NCBI GenBank assembly: GCA_977017575.1
Contig: CDRNVI010000123.1
Coordinates: forward strand, 1-18,924
Reading direction: 5' to 3'
Source: Paramoeba atlantica
Taxonomy: Eukaryota > Protista > Discosea
Length of the DNA: 18,924 nucleotides
Of this stretch, positions 1-11,557 are shown piece by piece (positions within the stretch are counted from its first letter, which is position 1; each line of letters begins with the position of its first letter). Made by a program: the position numbers and the translations under genes. The notes beneath the pieces are model-generated. The model did not search any database and had not been told where the DNA came from. It saw only the letters and a list, made by a program, of their open reading frames with translations.

Positions 1-354
1 TTTGGTTATTGTCAATCGACAAAATTTATTTTATTTCCGCCGAAGAATGCAAGAAATGATTGAAAAATATTATATATATTATTTAAAACAATTATTAGTG
101 ATGAAAAGATTATGAAATTATCTTTTAGTAATATTAGATTATTATTAAGTTCTTATAATATAAATATAAATACTATATTAAATATATATAATAATAATGA
201 AATATCAAATTATAAAAATATTATGGTTTTGAAAAATAAAAATTTATATAAAAATATGACTAATATATATTCTAATAATAAATTTTTACAATCATCAAAA
301 ATTTTAAACAGTTGTTTAATTAATTCTAAAAAAATATATAATAATTTTCATTAA
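1..354 (+). CDS. nad11: NADH dehydrogenase subunit 11 (NuoG homolog), 3' part, mitochondrial; open at window start
   Basis: With TGA(61-63)=Trp, frame +1 is open from base 1 to TAA 352-354: FGYCQSTKFILFPPKNARNDWKIL... This resembles the NuoG/Nad11 C-terminal 'PPGxARxDWKI' segment. The end 'NIYSNNKFLQSSKILNSC' resembles the terminal 'FY.T..I.R.S..M..C' motif. It lies directly upstream of nad1, the nuoG-nuoH order. Confidence 0.75.
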
Positions 355-367
355 AAGATTTTAAAAT

Positions 368-1356
368 ATGAATTTTTTTGTTAACTTTAATTATAACAAT
401 ATTAAAATATTTAATTTTAATAGTACCTGTATTAGTAACTGTAGCTATTTTTACAGTTTTTTGAAAGAAAAGTTATGGGTTATATACAACGAAGACAAGG
501 TCCTATAAAAGTAGGTTTTTAGGTATTTTGCAACCTTTTGCCGATGGTTTAAAATTAATGATAAAAGAACCTGTTATACCGGTAAATTCAAATTATTTAA
601 TGTATATAGCAGCTCCAATATTAACATTATTATTAAGTTTAATAAATTGAATATTAATACCTTTTGATGAAAATGTAGTAATATCTAATATTAATATAGA
701 GAGTTTTGTTTATTTTGGGTATTTCTTCTTTAAGTGTATATGGTGTTATTATAGCTGGTTGAGCTAGTAATTCAAAATATGCATTTTTAGGTGCTCTTAG
801 ATCTGCTGCACAAATGATATCTTATGAAGTATCTATAGGTATAATATTAATAACTCTTCTAATAGGTGTAGGTTCTTTAAATTTAAGTAATATAGTATTA
901 GCTCAAGAGGATATTTGATTTATTATACCATTTTTTCCTTTATTTTTATTATTTTTTATATCTTCTGTTGCAGAAACTAATAGACACCCTTTTGATTTAC
1001 CTGAGGCAGAAGCAGAATTAGTTTCTGGTTATAATGTAGAATATTCATCAGTAGGATTTGCTTTTTTTTTTATCGGTGAATATGCTAATATTATATTAAT
1101 GAGTGCATTAAATGTAATTTTATTTTTAGGAGGTTGATTACCACCTTTTAATTTTAATTTTTTTTTACCGCCTATAGTATGATTTACAATAAAAATTGTT
1201 TTAATGATATTTTTATTTATAGTAATAAGAGCCATGTTACCTAGATATAGATATGATCAATTAATGATATTAGGTTGAAAAGTATTTTTACCGTTATCAT
1301 TAGGTTTATTAGTTTTCTATGCAGGTATAATGATTGGTTTTGATTTTTTACCTTAA
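368..1356 (+). CDS. nad1: NADH dehydrogenase subunit 1, mitochondrial (several 1-nt indels near the 5' end and ~700)
   Basis: Motifs [87 protein letters not shown] 368, TAA 1354-1356. TGA falls at conserved Trp sites. Frame changes at ~375, ~460, ~520 and ~700, mostly in T-runs. Confidence 0.97.
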
Positions 1357-1389
1357 TTTTTTAGAATAATAAAATATAAAAAATTTTGA

Positions 1390-2865
1390 ATGTTATTAAA
1401 AATTTTACTTTTTTTACCATTATTTTTTGCGTTTATTTTAAGTTTAATACCTAAGAAAAAAATTATATTATTAAAACAATTATCTTTATTATTTAGTATA
1501 ATAATTTTTTTTTATTGTATTAAATTATTAGGTAATTTTAATATATATTATTCGTATATTCAATTTCAATCAAGTATTAGTTATTATCCTGGTATGGATT
1601 TTAGTATAGGTATAGATGGTATTTCTATTTTTTTTATATTATTAATGAGTTTACTTTTACCTATTTCGTTATTAGTAAATTGAGAAAGTGTGAAATATCG
1701 TAATAAAGATTTTACTATTACTTTATTTATATTAGAATTTTAGTTTTTTGTATTTTTTGTTGTTTAGATATATTTTTTTTTTTATATATTTTTTGAAGGT
1801 GTTTTAATACCTATGTTTTTTATTATAGGTATATGAGGTTCAAGACAACGAAAAATTCATGCTGTTTATCAATTTTTTTTATATACTTTTTTTGGATCAA
1901 TATTTATGTTAGTATCTTTTTTAATAATTTACTTACATGTAGGTTCTACAAATTGAAATATAATTAAATATATTGAATTTTCTGATCAACGACAATTAAT
2001 ATTATGATTAGGTTTTTTTATAGCATTTGCTATAAAAGTACCAATGATACCTTTTCATATATGATTACCAGAAGCTCATGTCGAAGCACCTACAACAGGT
2101 TCTATCTTATTAGCTGGTATTTTATTAAAATTAGGTACTTATGGTTTTTTAAGATTTTTATTACCTTTATTTCCTTATGGAATGAAATTTTTTTCACCTT
2201 TAGTTATAGTTATTTGTATAATTAGTGTTATATACGGTTCGTTAGTAACAATTAGACAAATAGATTTGAAAAAAATAATAGCATATTCATCTGTTGTACA
2301 TATGAATTTTGCAATAATAGGTTTATTTGCTAATAATTTAGAAGGTTTACAAGGTAGTTTATTCTTAATGATTAGTCATGGTATAATATCAAGTTCTTTA
2401 TTTTTTTGCATAGGTGTTTTATATGATCGTTATCATAGTCGTATATTATATTATTATGGAGGTTTAGTACAAGTTATGCCTATATTTGCTGTAATATTTA
2501 TGATTTTTTCTTTAAGTAATATGGGCTTCCCTGGAACAAGTGGTTTTATTGGTGAAATTTTAATATTAATAGGAGTTTTTTTATGAAATATAAAAATTTC
2601 ATTATTATTATTTACTAGTGTTGTTTTTGCAGCTGTTTATTCAATATGGTTATATAATAGATTAATTTTCGGTGAAATAAAAAATTATAATAATATAATG
2701 ATTTATAATAATTTTTATTATAAAAAATGATTTATAAAATTTTCAGATATTACTAAAAGAGAATTCTTTTTAATATTACCATTTATTTTTTTAAATTTTT
2801 TATTAGGTTTTTATCCTGATTTAATTTTTAATGTAACTTATCTATCAATTTTATCACTTATTTAA
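1390..2865 (+). CDS. nad4: NADH dehydrogenase subunit 4, mitochondrial (compensating indels at ~1740-1795)
   Basis: Motifs [98 protein letters not shown]. Stop TAA 2863-2865. Confidence 0.97.
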
Positions 2866-2876
2866 ATTTAATTATT

Positions 2877-4371
2877 ATGAATTTTACAATTATTTTTAAA
2901 AATCAGGAATATCATTCTATATATAATGATATTAAATATTTATTACCAGAAATATTTTTAATTTCTGGTGTTTTATTAATTTTAGTATTTATTATTTTTT
3001 ATTCAAATATTAATGTATATAAATATATAAAATTAGTTTATTGTACTATTAATTTATTGGTATTTATATTAATATTATTTATATTATTAAATATTAATAA
3101 TATAGATAATAATTTTATTATTTCATCTTATTTATTATATAGTGACGGTATAATTTTTTTTTATAAAAATTTATTGTCAATAATTATGATTATATTATTA
3201 GTTACTTCTTATAATTATATGAGATTAAATAAATTATTAATATTTGAATTTTATATATTAATGTTATTATCTTTTATTTGGTATGATAACTTTATTATTA
3301 TCATATGATTTTATTACAGCATATCTTTCTATCGAATTACAAAGTTTATGTTTTTATATTTTAGCGGCAATAAATAGAAATAAGAATAGTTCTATAGAAG
3401 CTGGTTTAAAATATTTTATATTAGGATCATTTTCATCAAGTTTATTAATAGTAGGTATAGCAATTATATATGGTGTAACTGGATTTACTAATTTTTATGA
3501 TTTATCAAAATTATTTGAATTAGGTTTATATAATATAAATTGGGATTCTTATATATTTATAGGTTTATTATTTATTAATATAGGATTATTTTTCAAATTA
3601 GCTATACCTCCGTTTCATATATGATTACCAGATATTTATGAAGGTTCTTTGAAAATAGTATTAGCTATTTTTGCATTATTGCCTAAATTGGCTATATTAA
3701 TATTTTTTTGAAAAATATATTCTATAATTTTAATAAAAGATTTAATCGACTGACAAATATTTTTTTTAATATTTATACTATTATCTTGATTTATAGGTAT
3801 ATTAGGGGCTTTACAATCTAAAAAATTTTCAAGATTAATAGCTTACAGTTCTATTAATCATATGGGTTTTATATTATTAATTTTAATATTAAATGATGTA
3901 TTGACTTTAACTTTATATATAATAATTTATATTTTAGCTTTAATAAATATTTTAATAATATGATTAAATATATTTAAATTTAATAATTATAAAGGGATTA
4001 ATACTATATATCAATTTTTATATATTATAAAATCTAATAATTTATTATTTATAATTTTATTAATAGCTATATTTTCATTAGCAGGAATACCACCATTAGC
4101 TGGATTTTTCAGTAAATTTTTTATTTTCATTAGTGCATTAAAACAAAATTATTATTTATTAGTAGTAATTGGACTTTTATTTAGTGTAGTTAGTTGTTTT
4201 TATTATTTAAGGTTAATAAAAATTATTATGTTTAATAATAGTTTTTATTGATTTTTTTTAACTCCTTTAAAAAGAAGTTATGCTTACATAATTGTTATAT
4301 TATTTGTAGTAAATTCGATTTTTATATTATTATTGCCTTTTTTATTAGAATATTTAAATTATATAATATAA
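2877..4371 (+). CDS. nad2: NADH dehydrogenase subunit 2, mitochondrial (one frameshift at ~3275-3290)
   Basis: Motifs YLSIELQSLCFYILAA, SIEAGLKYFILGSFSS, FKLAIPPFHIWLPDIYEGS, RLIAYSSINHMG, SLAGIPPLAGFFSKF, SVVSCFYYLRLIK. It follows nad4 (nuoM-nuoN order). Stop TAA 4369-4371. Confidence 0.95.
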
Positions 4372-4383
4372 TAATAATAATTT

Positions 4384-4989
4384 ATGAAGTATTTATATTT
4401 AAATCAGTTAATTTCAAGTAATTATAATATATCTTTACATAAAAAAAATAAATGAGGTAGACAACAAATTAATAATATAATTGGTTGATGTAAATTACAT
4501 AATTATGTAATTATAGATATTGTTTCTATATTTTTTAATATAAAAAATATAATTAATATAATTAATTATATTTCAACTAAATTAGGTATATCTTTATTAT
4601 GTTTATTATCAGATAGTAATATAATTAATACTTCATTAAAAAGAGTAAAAATAAAAAATTTTTATATGGTATATTTAGATAAAATTTATGGTTTTATATC
4701 TAATTTTTATATGTTTATTAAAAAAGGTCGAAAACATTATAAAAATATAGTTAATTATAGATCAAAAAGGTTACCTGATATAGTATTTATGTCAAAAGAT
4801 AGTTGAAAAGATTATAATAATTTTTTTAAAATATTTTTAGAATATAAAATATTATCTATAAAAAACACATCATTTTTAGAAAAGGATATTCATATTTGTT
4901 ATAATATTATGGTTAATAATTCTTTAATTATATATAATTTATGAAAATATATATATAAGCAAAATAGAATTTTATTTAAAAAATGTTAA
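4384..4989 (+). CDS. rps2: Probable mitochondrial ribosomal protein S2 (highly divergent), 201 aa
   Basis: Open with TGA=Trp: MKYLYLNQLISSNYNISLHKKNKW...IIGWCKLHNYVIIDI...IYGFISNF...RLPDIVF. The layout matches S2: early W, 'yi.G......iidl', 'G.lsN', 'lPd.i'. The position after nad2 fits. Similarity was judged by eye only. Confidence 0.6.
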
Positions 4990-5696
4990 AAGTAAATTAT
5001 AAAAAATTAAATTTAATAAGAGTTTATAAAAGAGATCTTTGAGGTAGAATAATATTAAATAGAAAATTATTATTAATTAGAAATTATATTATTAAATTAT
5101 TAAAAATAAAAAAATTTAAATATAATAAAAGAATAAATTTTTATAGGATTAATAATTTTGAGAAACCTGTATATTTTAGAAGAAGAACTAGATATGGTAA
5201 ATATTTTATTTTACGAAGACAATTTAGAATTTTTTATGGTTTTTTAAGTATTAAAAATATAAAAAAAATCATAAAAAAAAGTTTTAAAAAAAAATATGCT
5301 TTAAGTTATTTTATTTATATGATGGAATCTAGATTAGATGTATTAGTTTATAGATTACATTTAGTTAAAAGTGTTAGATCAGCTAGACAATGAATATTTA
5401 ATGGTAATATTATTGTTAATAATAATATTATAATTAATCCACAATATAATTTAAAAAAAGGTGATATATTAACTTTAAATAAAAAAAAAATATTATATTT
5501 TAAAAAAAAATTATATTATAATATAAAAACAAAAAATTGATCTCGAAGTATTATACCTAATTATATTGAATATGATTATAATAATTTTGTTTTTAAATTT
5601 ATAAGTCTTAATATATATGATGTACCTTTTTTTGCTCCGGTTACTTCTTATACTTTTTTAAATATAATGAATTTTTATACAAGATATTATTTTTAA
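4983..5696 (+). CDS. rps4: Mitochondrial ribosomal protein S4, 237 aa; overlaps the upstream ORF by 7 nt
   Basis: Intact with TGA=Trp. S4 motifs: KRDLWG, YGKYFILRRQFRIFYG, MESRLDVLVYRL, SVRSARQWIFNGNIIVN, PQYNLKKGDIL, IPNYIEYDY. Confidence 0.88.
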
Positions 5697-5811
5697 TTTA
5701 TTAAAATAATAATATCTTTAAACTTGATCTTTTTTTGTTTTGTGTGTTTATTTATCGTTATTACACATAAATTTATTATAATAATAATTATGTATTTTAA
5801 GATAAATAATT

Positions 5812-7311
5812 ATGGACGCTAATAATCAGCAAAATAATATTTATTTTGGAATTGTAATTAAAGTTAAGGATGGTATTGCAACAATTAAAGGATTAGAAAA
5901 CGCTAAAGCAGGAGAAGTTTTAGAATTTTCTAGTGGTGCTAAAGGATTAGCATTAAACTTAGCTGAAAATGAAATTAGTTCTGTTATTTTTGGTAATGAA
6001 CAATTAATTAAACAAGGGGTTCGAGTCAAAAATACAGGTAAATTAATGACTATTAATATTTCTTCTAAATTATTAGGTAGAGTTATTAATGCTATAGGTG
6101 AGCCTATAGATAATGATACAGCTATTGCTGCAACAGAAGTTAAAAATGTTGAGCAAAAAGCAGTAGGTATTATCGCTAGACAATCTGTTCATGAACCTAT
6201 GTTAACAGGTATGAAATCTATAGATTCTTTAATTCCTATAGGTCGTGGTCAACGTGAATTAATTATTGGTGATAGACAAACAGGTAAAACTTCTATAGCT
6301 GTCGATACTATTATTAATCAATTAAATTATAATAATAATGTTGATTTTAAAAATGTTAATTTATATTGTGTTTATGTAGCTATTGGTCAAAAAAAATCAA
6401 CAGCTGCTAGAATATTTAGTACTTTACAATCATTTCAATCAGCGCAATATACAGTTATTGTAAGTGCATTTGCTTCTGAATCTGCATCATTACAATATTT
6501 AGCACCTTATGTAGGTACTTCTATAAGTGAGTATTTTAGAGATAATAAAAAACATTGTGTCATTATATATGATGATTTAACTAAACATGCTGCCGCTTAT
6601 AGACAAATGTCTTTATTATTAAGAAGACCACCAGGTAGAGAAGCTTATCCAGGAGATGTTTTTTATTTACATTCTAGATTATTAGAAAGATCTTCTAAAT
6701 TATCTACTAAATTAGGTTCAGGTTCAATAACCGGTTTACCTGTTATTGAAACATTAGAAGGAGATGTTTCGGCTTATATTCCAACTAATGTTATATCTAT
6801 TACAGATGGTCAAATATTTTTAGATACTGAACAATTTTATTCAGGTATAAGACCAGCAGTAAGTGTTGGTTTATCGGTTAGTAGAGTTGGTGGAGCTGCA
6901 CAACCTAAATTAATGAAATCATTAGCAGGTTCTTTAAAGGTTGGTTTAGCCCAATTTAGAGAAGTTGAAAGTTTTGCTAGTTTAGGTTGTGATATAGATC
7001 CTGTTACTCAACAATTATTAGATCGTGGTTATAGATTAACTGAATTATTTGTACAAAGTAGATTTAATAATTATTCATTAGATTTATCTTTATTATCAGT
7101 TTTTGCAGGTTCTAAAGGTTTTTTTGATAAATTAGCTATAAATAAAATAAATGGTGTATTTGAAGAAATGGTTTTAGAAAGTAAAAAATTATTTTGATTA
7201 CCTTTTTTTCAATTTTTAAATGATGTAATTCATCCTGATAAAGTTGGTCTAAATTATAACTTTTTAGAAAGTTTTTTAGGCTCTTATAATAAATGATGTA
7301 TTAATATTTAA
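5812..7311 (+). CDS. atp1: F1-ATP synthase alpha subunit, mitochondrial, 499 aa
   Basis: P-loop [58 protein letters not shown]. It reads through TGA 7195 and TGA 7294 to TAA 7309-7311. Confidence 0.98.
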
Positions 7312-7316
7312 AAAAA

Positions 7317-8336
7317 ATGATTAATTTTGTAAATAATATAATTTTTTCAAATTTAGAGGCAGATTATGCTTTACCTGGACAATTAGGTTTTCAATACCCA
7401 GCTAATACTATAGCTCGAGGAATTATTGATTTGCATAATCATATTATGTTTTTTTTAGTTTTTATTGTTGTATTTACTTTTGCTATGATTTATTTCACTT
7501 TAAGTACATTTACAATAAATAATAATAGTAATTTAGAGATTTTTAATAAAGTAAAAAATTTTTATAATGTAAGAATTTCGCATAATACATTATTAGAAAC
7601 TCTTTGAATTATAATACCAAGTTTAATATTAATATCTATAGCAATACCGTCTTTTGCTTTATTATATGCTATGGAAATATCTGGTGTAAGTCTGTTAACA
7701 ATGAAAGTTACAGGACATCAGTGATATTGATCTTATTCTTTTGTATTTAGTTTAGATAATCCTCAAATTGTATATGATATTGCGAGTAATACAAATATAG
7801 AGTTAGGAGGTTCTTTTTCAAATAATATAGCTGAATTTAGTTTCGATAGTTATATGGTACCTACTAATGAATTATCAGATAAAGGTTTACGTTTATTAGA
7901 AACTACAAATCCAGTAGTATTGCCTGTAGATACTTTTATAAAAGTATATGTAACAGCTAGTGATGTATTACATTGTTGAGCTGTCCCTTCATTAGGTATA
8001 AAAATAGATGCTTGTCCTGGTAGGTTAAATCAGGTAAATTTATTTATAGATAGAATTGGTCATTTTTATGGTCAATGTAGTGAATTATGTGGTGTAAATC
8101 ATGGTTTTATGCCTATTGAAATATATAGTATAACTAAATTAGATTATATTACATATTTATGTTTAGCTTGTGAAGATTTTAGAAATAATTCGTTTAATCA
8201 ACTAATAAATTATTATCATTATTTTTATGAAGATGGAAGTAATGCTATTGTTTTTACTAGAGGTTTCTATGATTGATGACAAGATCAACTTAATTTATCA
8301 ATAAAAGAATTTTTAAATAAAGAAAATAGTATATAA
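7317..8336 (+). CDS. cox2: Cytochrome c oxidase subunit 2, 339 aa, with insertions and a C-terminal extension
   Basis: Motifs [45 protein letters not shown], and the CuA ligands DVLHCW...[15 protein letters not shown]. No frameshift. Stop TAA 8334-8336. Confidence 0.98.
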
Positions 8337-8339
8337 AAT

Positions 8340-9209
8340 ATGATTAATAAATTTAAACATTTTCATTTTTGACATATTGTAACAATTAGTCCATGACCTT
8401 TATTATTATCTATGTTTGCATTATCAATGCCAGTAGGTTTAGTAACTTTTTTTCAAGGATTTTATTATGGTGTACCTGTATTTTTTATAGGTTTAATTAT
8501 GGTAATATTTATTATATGTTTATGATTTAGAGATATAGTAATTGAAGCAAGTTATGAAGGTCATCATACTAAACAAGTTCAATCAAGCTTAATTATAAGC
8601 TTTTTACTTTTTATTTTTTCAGAAGTAATGCTTTTTGTAGCTTTTTTCTGAGCTTTTTTTCATTCAAGTATTTTTCCTACAGTAGAATTAAATTGTAGTT
8701 GACCTCCCGTAGGAATGAGTGAAATAATTATGGATCCTTTTGGTATTCCTTTATTAAATACTTTATTATTATTAACATCAGGTGCTACTTTAACTTTAGC
8801 ACATTTATATTTAAAACAAGGATATATGGATAAATGTTTATTAACTATGGTTGTTACAATTGTATTTGCTGTATTATTTTTATCTTTTCAGTTTTATGAA
8901 TATAGTGTTTCTGCTTTTGATATTTCAGATGGTGTTTATGGTTCAACTTTTTTTTGTTGTACTGGTTTACATGGTTTTCACGTTATTGTTGGTACTATAG
9001 CTTTAAGTATGACTACTTATCGTATATATTTATCACATTTTTCACGTAATCACCATTTAGGTTTTGAATTTGCAGCTTGATATTGACATTTTGTTGATGT
9101 AGTATGATTATTTTTATATATGATTATATATTGTTGAGGTAGTGATATGGTAGCTCCTCTTATATTAGAATTAAAAGATGGAAAAGAGAATATTTTTTAT
9201 TTAGTATAA
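8340..9209 (+). CDS. cox3: Cytochrome c oxidase subunit 3, 289 aa
   Basis: Motifs HIVTISPWP, WFRDIVIEASYEGHHT, FIFSEVMLFVAFFWAFFH, PLLNTLLLLTSG, FDISDGVYGSTFF, TGLHGFHV, FEFAAWYWHFVDVVWLFLY. Stop TAA 9207-9209. Confidence 0.98.
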
Positions 9210-9216
9210 ATTTACA

Positions 9217-10689
<1,473 letters not shown>

Positions 10690-10892
10690 ATTATATTAAT
10701 TTATATTTTAAAAATATTTATTGTACCATTATAATACCTAATTTAATTAAAATAGGTATTGTACGAGGTAAGAATGAAGATGAATTTTTTAAAATATATT
10801 ATGATGTATTTTATAATTTAAAAAATTCTAAAAAAAGTAATTTATTTTTACGTTTTTTATAAAATTAGTAAAATAATAATTTTACTAATATA

Positions 10893-10966
10893 ATCCCTCT
10901 GGTCTAATTGGTTAAGACATATCACTCATAATGGTACTGATATAGGTTCAAGTCCTATGGGGGATA
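10893..10966 (+). tRNA. tRNA with CAU anticodon (elongator Met or lysidine-modified Ile)
   Basis: Cloverleaf: acceptor ATCCCTC/GGGGGAT, anticodon arm TATCA-CTCATAA-TGGTA, T arm ATAGG-TTCAAGT-CCTAT. Confidence 0.92.
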
Positions 10967-10967
10967 A

Positions 10968-11039
10968 ATAGTTGTAGTGTAGTGGTTAACATATTAGTCT
11001 TCAAAACTAATGACATAGGTTCAAATCCTATCAACTGTG
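10968..11039 (+). tRNA. trnW: tRNA-Trp(UCA)
   Basis: Anticodon arm TTAGT-CTTCAAA-ACTAA (TCA at 11001-11003), T arm ATAGG-TTCAAAT-CCTAT, acceptor ATAGTTG/CAACTGT. Consistent with TGA=Trp in the CDSs. Confidence 0.93.
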
Positions 11040-11071
11040 TTAATTATAGATGATATAATTAAATATAATAA

Positions 11072-11143
11072 AATAGGGTGACTGAAAGGTAAAGTATTGT
11101 TTTTTGGCAGCAAATCGTGTAGGTTCGAGTCCTACTCCTAAGT
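11072..11143 (+). tRNA. trnQ: tRNA-Gln(UUG)
   Basis: Anticodon arm TTGTT-TTTTGGC-AGCAA, T arm GTAGG-TTCGAGT-CCTAC. Acceptor AATAGGG/TCCTAAG is mismatched at positions 1 and 2. Confidence 0.88.
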
Positions 11144-11156
11144 ATTAAAATTTTTT

Positions 11157-11229
11157 TTAAGGATAGTATAAATGGTTATTATAATTGATTGCAAATCTAT
11201 AGATATCGGTTCGAGTCCGTTTCCTAACT
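11157..11229 (+). tRNA. trnC: tRNA-Cys(GCA)
   Basis: Anticodon loop TTGCAAA, T loop TTCGAGT, U73 discriminator. Acceptor TTAAGGA/TCCTAAC is mismatched at positions 1 and 3. Confidence 0.88.
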
Positions 11230-11256
11230 TTTTTAAATTTAATATAAATATAATAA

Positions 11257-11329
11257 ATACCTATAGTTTAATTGGTTAAAACATGCATTTGATAAGTGCA
11301 AATTGATAGTTCGAGTCTATCTGGGGTTA
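11257..11329 (+). tRNA. trnI: tRNA-Ile(GAU)
   Basis: Anticodon arm TGCAT-TTGATAA-GTGCA, T arm GATAG-TTCGAGT-CTATC. Acceptor ATACCTA/TGGGGTT is mismatched at positions 2 and 3. Confidence 0.92.
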
Positions 11330-11338
11330 TAAATAAAA

Positions 11339-11412
11339 AAATAGTTAGCTCAATTGGTAGAGCATCGGCCCTTTTAAGCTGAGGGTTATAGGTTCGAGCC
11401 CTATACTATCTA
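11339..11412 (+). tRNA. trnK: tRNA-Lys(UUU)
   Basis: D arm GCTC-AATTGGTA-GAGC. Anticodon arm TCGGC-CCTTTTAA-GCTGA has an 8-nt loop, probably one spurious C. Acceptor AAATAGT/ACTATCT is mismatched at position 2. Confidence 0.85.
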
Positions 11413-11418
11413 TAAAAA

Positions 11419-11491
11419 TATGGAATGGTGTAATAGGTTAGCACATCGAGTTGTGATTTCGATAGTATGAGTTCAAGTCTCATTTCTTACC
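11419..11491 (+). tRNA. trnH: tRNA-His(GUG)
   Basis: Anticodon arm TCGAG-TTGTGAT-TTCGA, T arm ATGAG-TTCAAGT-CTCAT, C73. Acceptor TATGGAA/TTCTTAC is mismatched at positions 1, 2 and 3. Confidence 0.9.
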
Positions 11492-11557
11492 TAAATTAAG
11501 AATAATAAAATTAATAAAATATATATTTTATTAAAATTTTTTTATTAATTTGTAAAG

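Noticed and set aside
112-354. Supplied 80-aa ORF as a stand-alone gene
   Set aside because: It is the tail of nad11. The frame is open upstream once TGA is read as Trp.
1029-1235. Minus-strand 68-aa ORF (and the similar one at 5841-6029)
   Set aside because: Antisense shadows of nad1 and atp1 with no recognisable motifs.
2004-2225. Alternative-frame 73-aa ORF inside nad4
   Set aside because: Off-frame shadow. The nad4 frame carries all conserved motifs here.
10999-11005. UCA-anticodon tRNA as selenocysteine or opal suppressor tRNA
   Set aside because: It has a standard 7-bp acceptor stem and short variable loop, and TGA occupies conserved Trp sites throughout, so it is tRNA-Trp under code 4.
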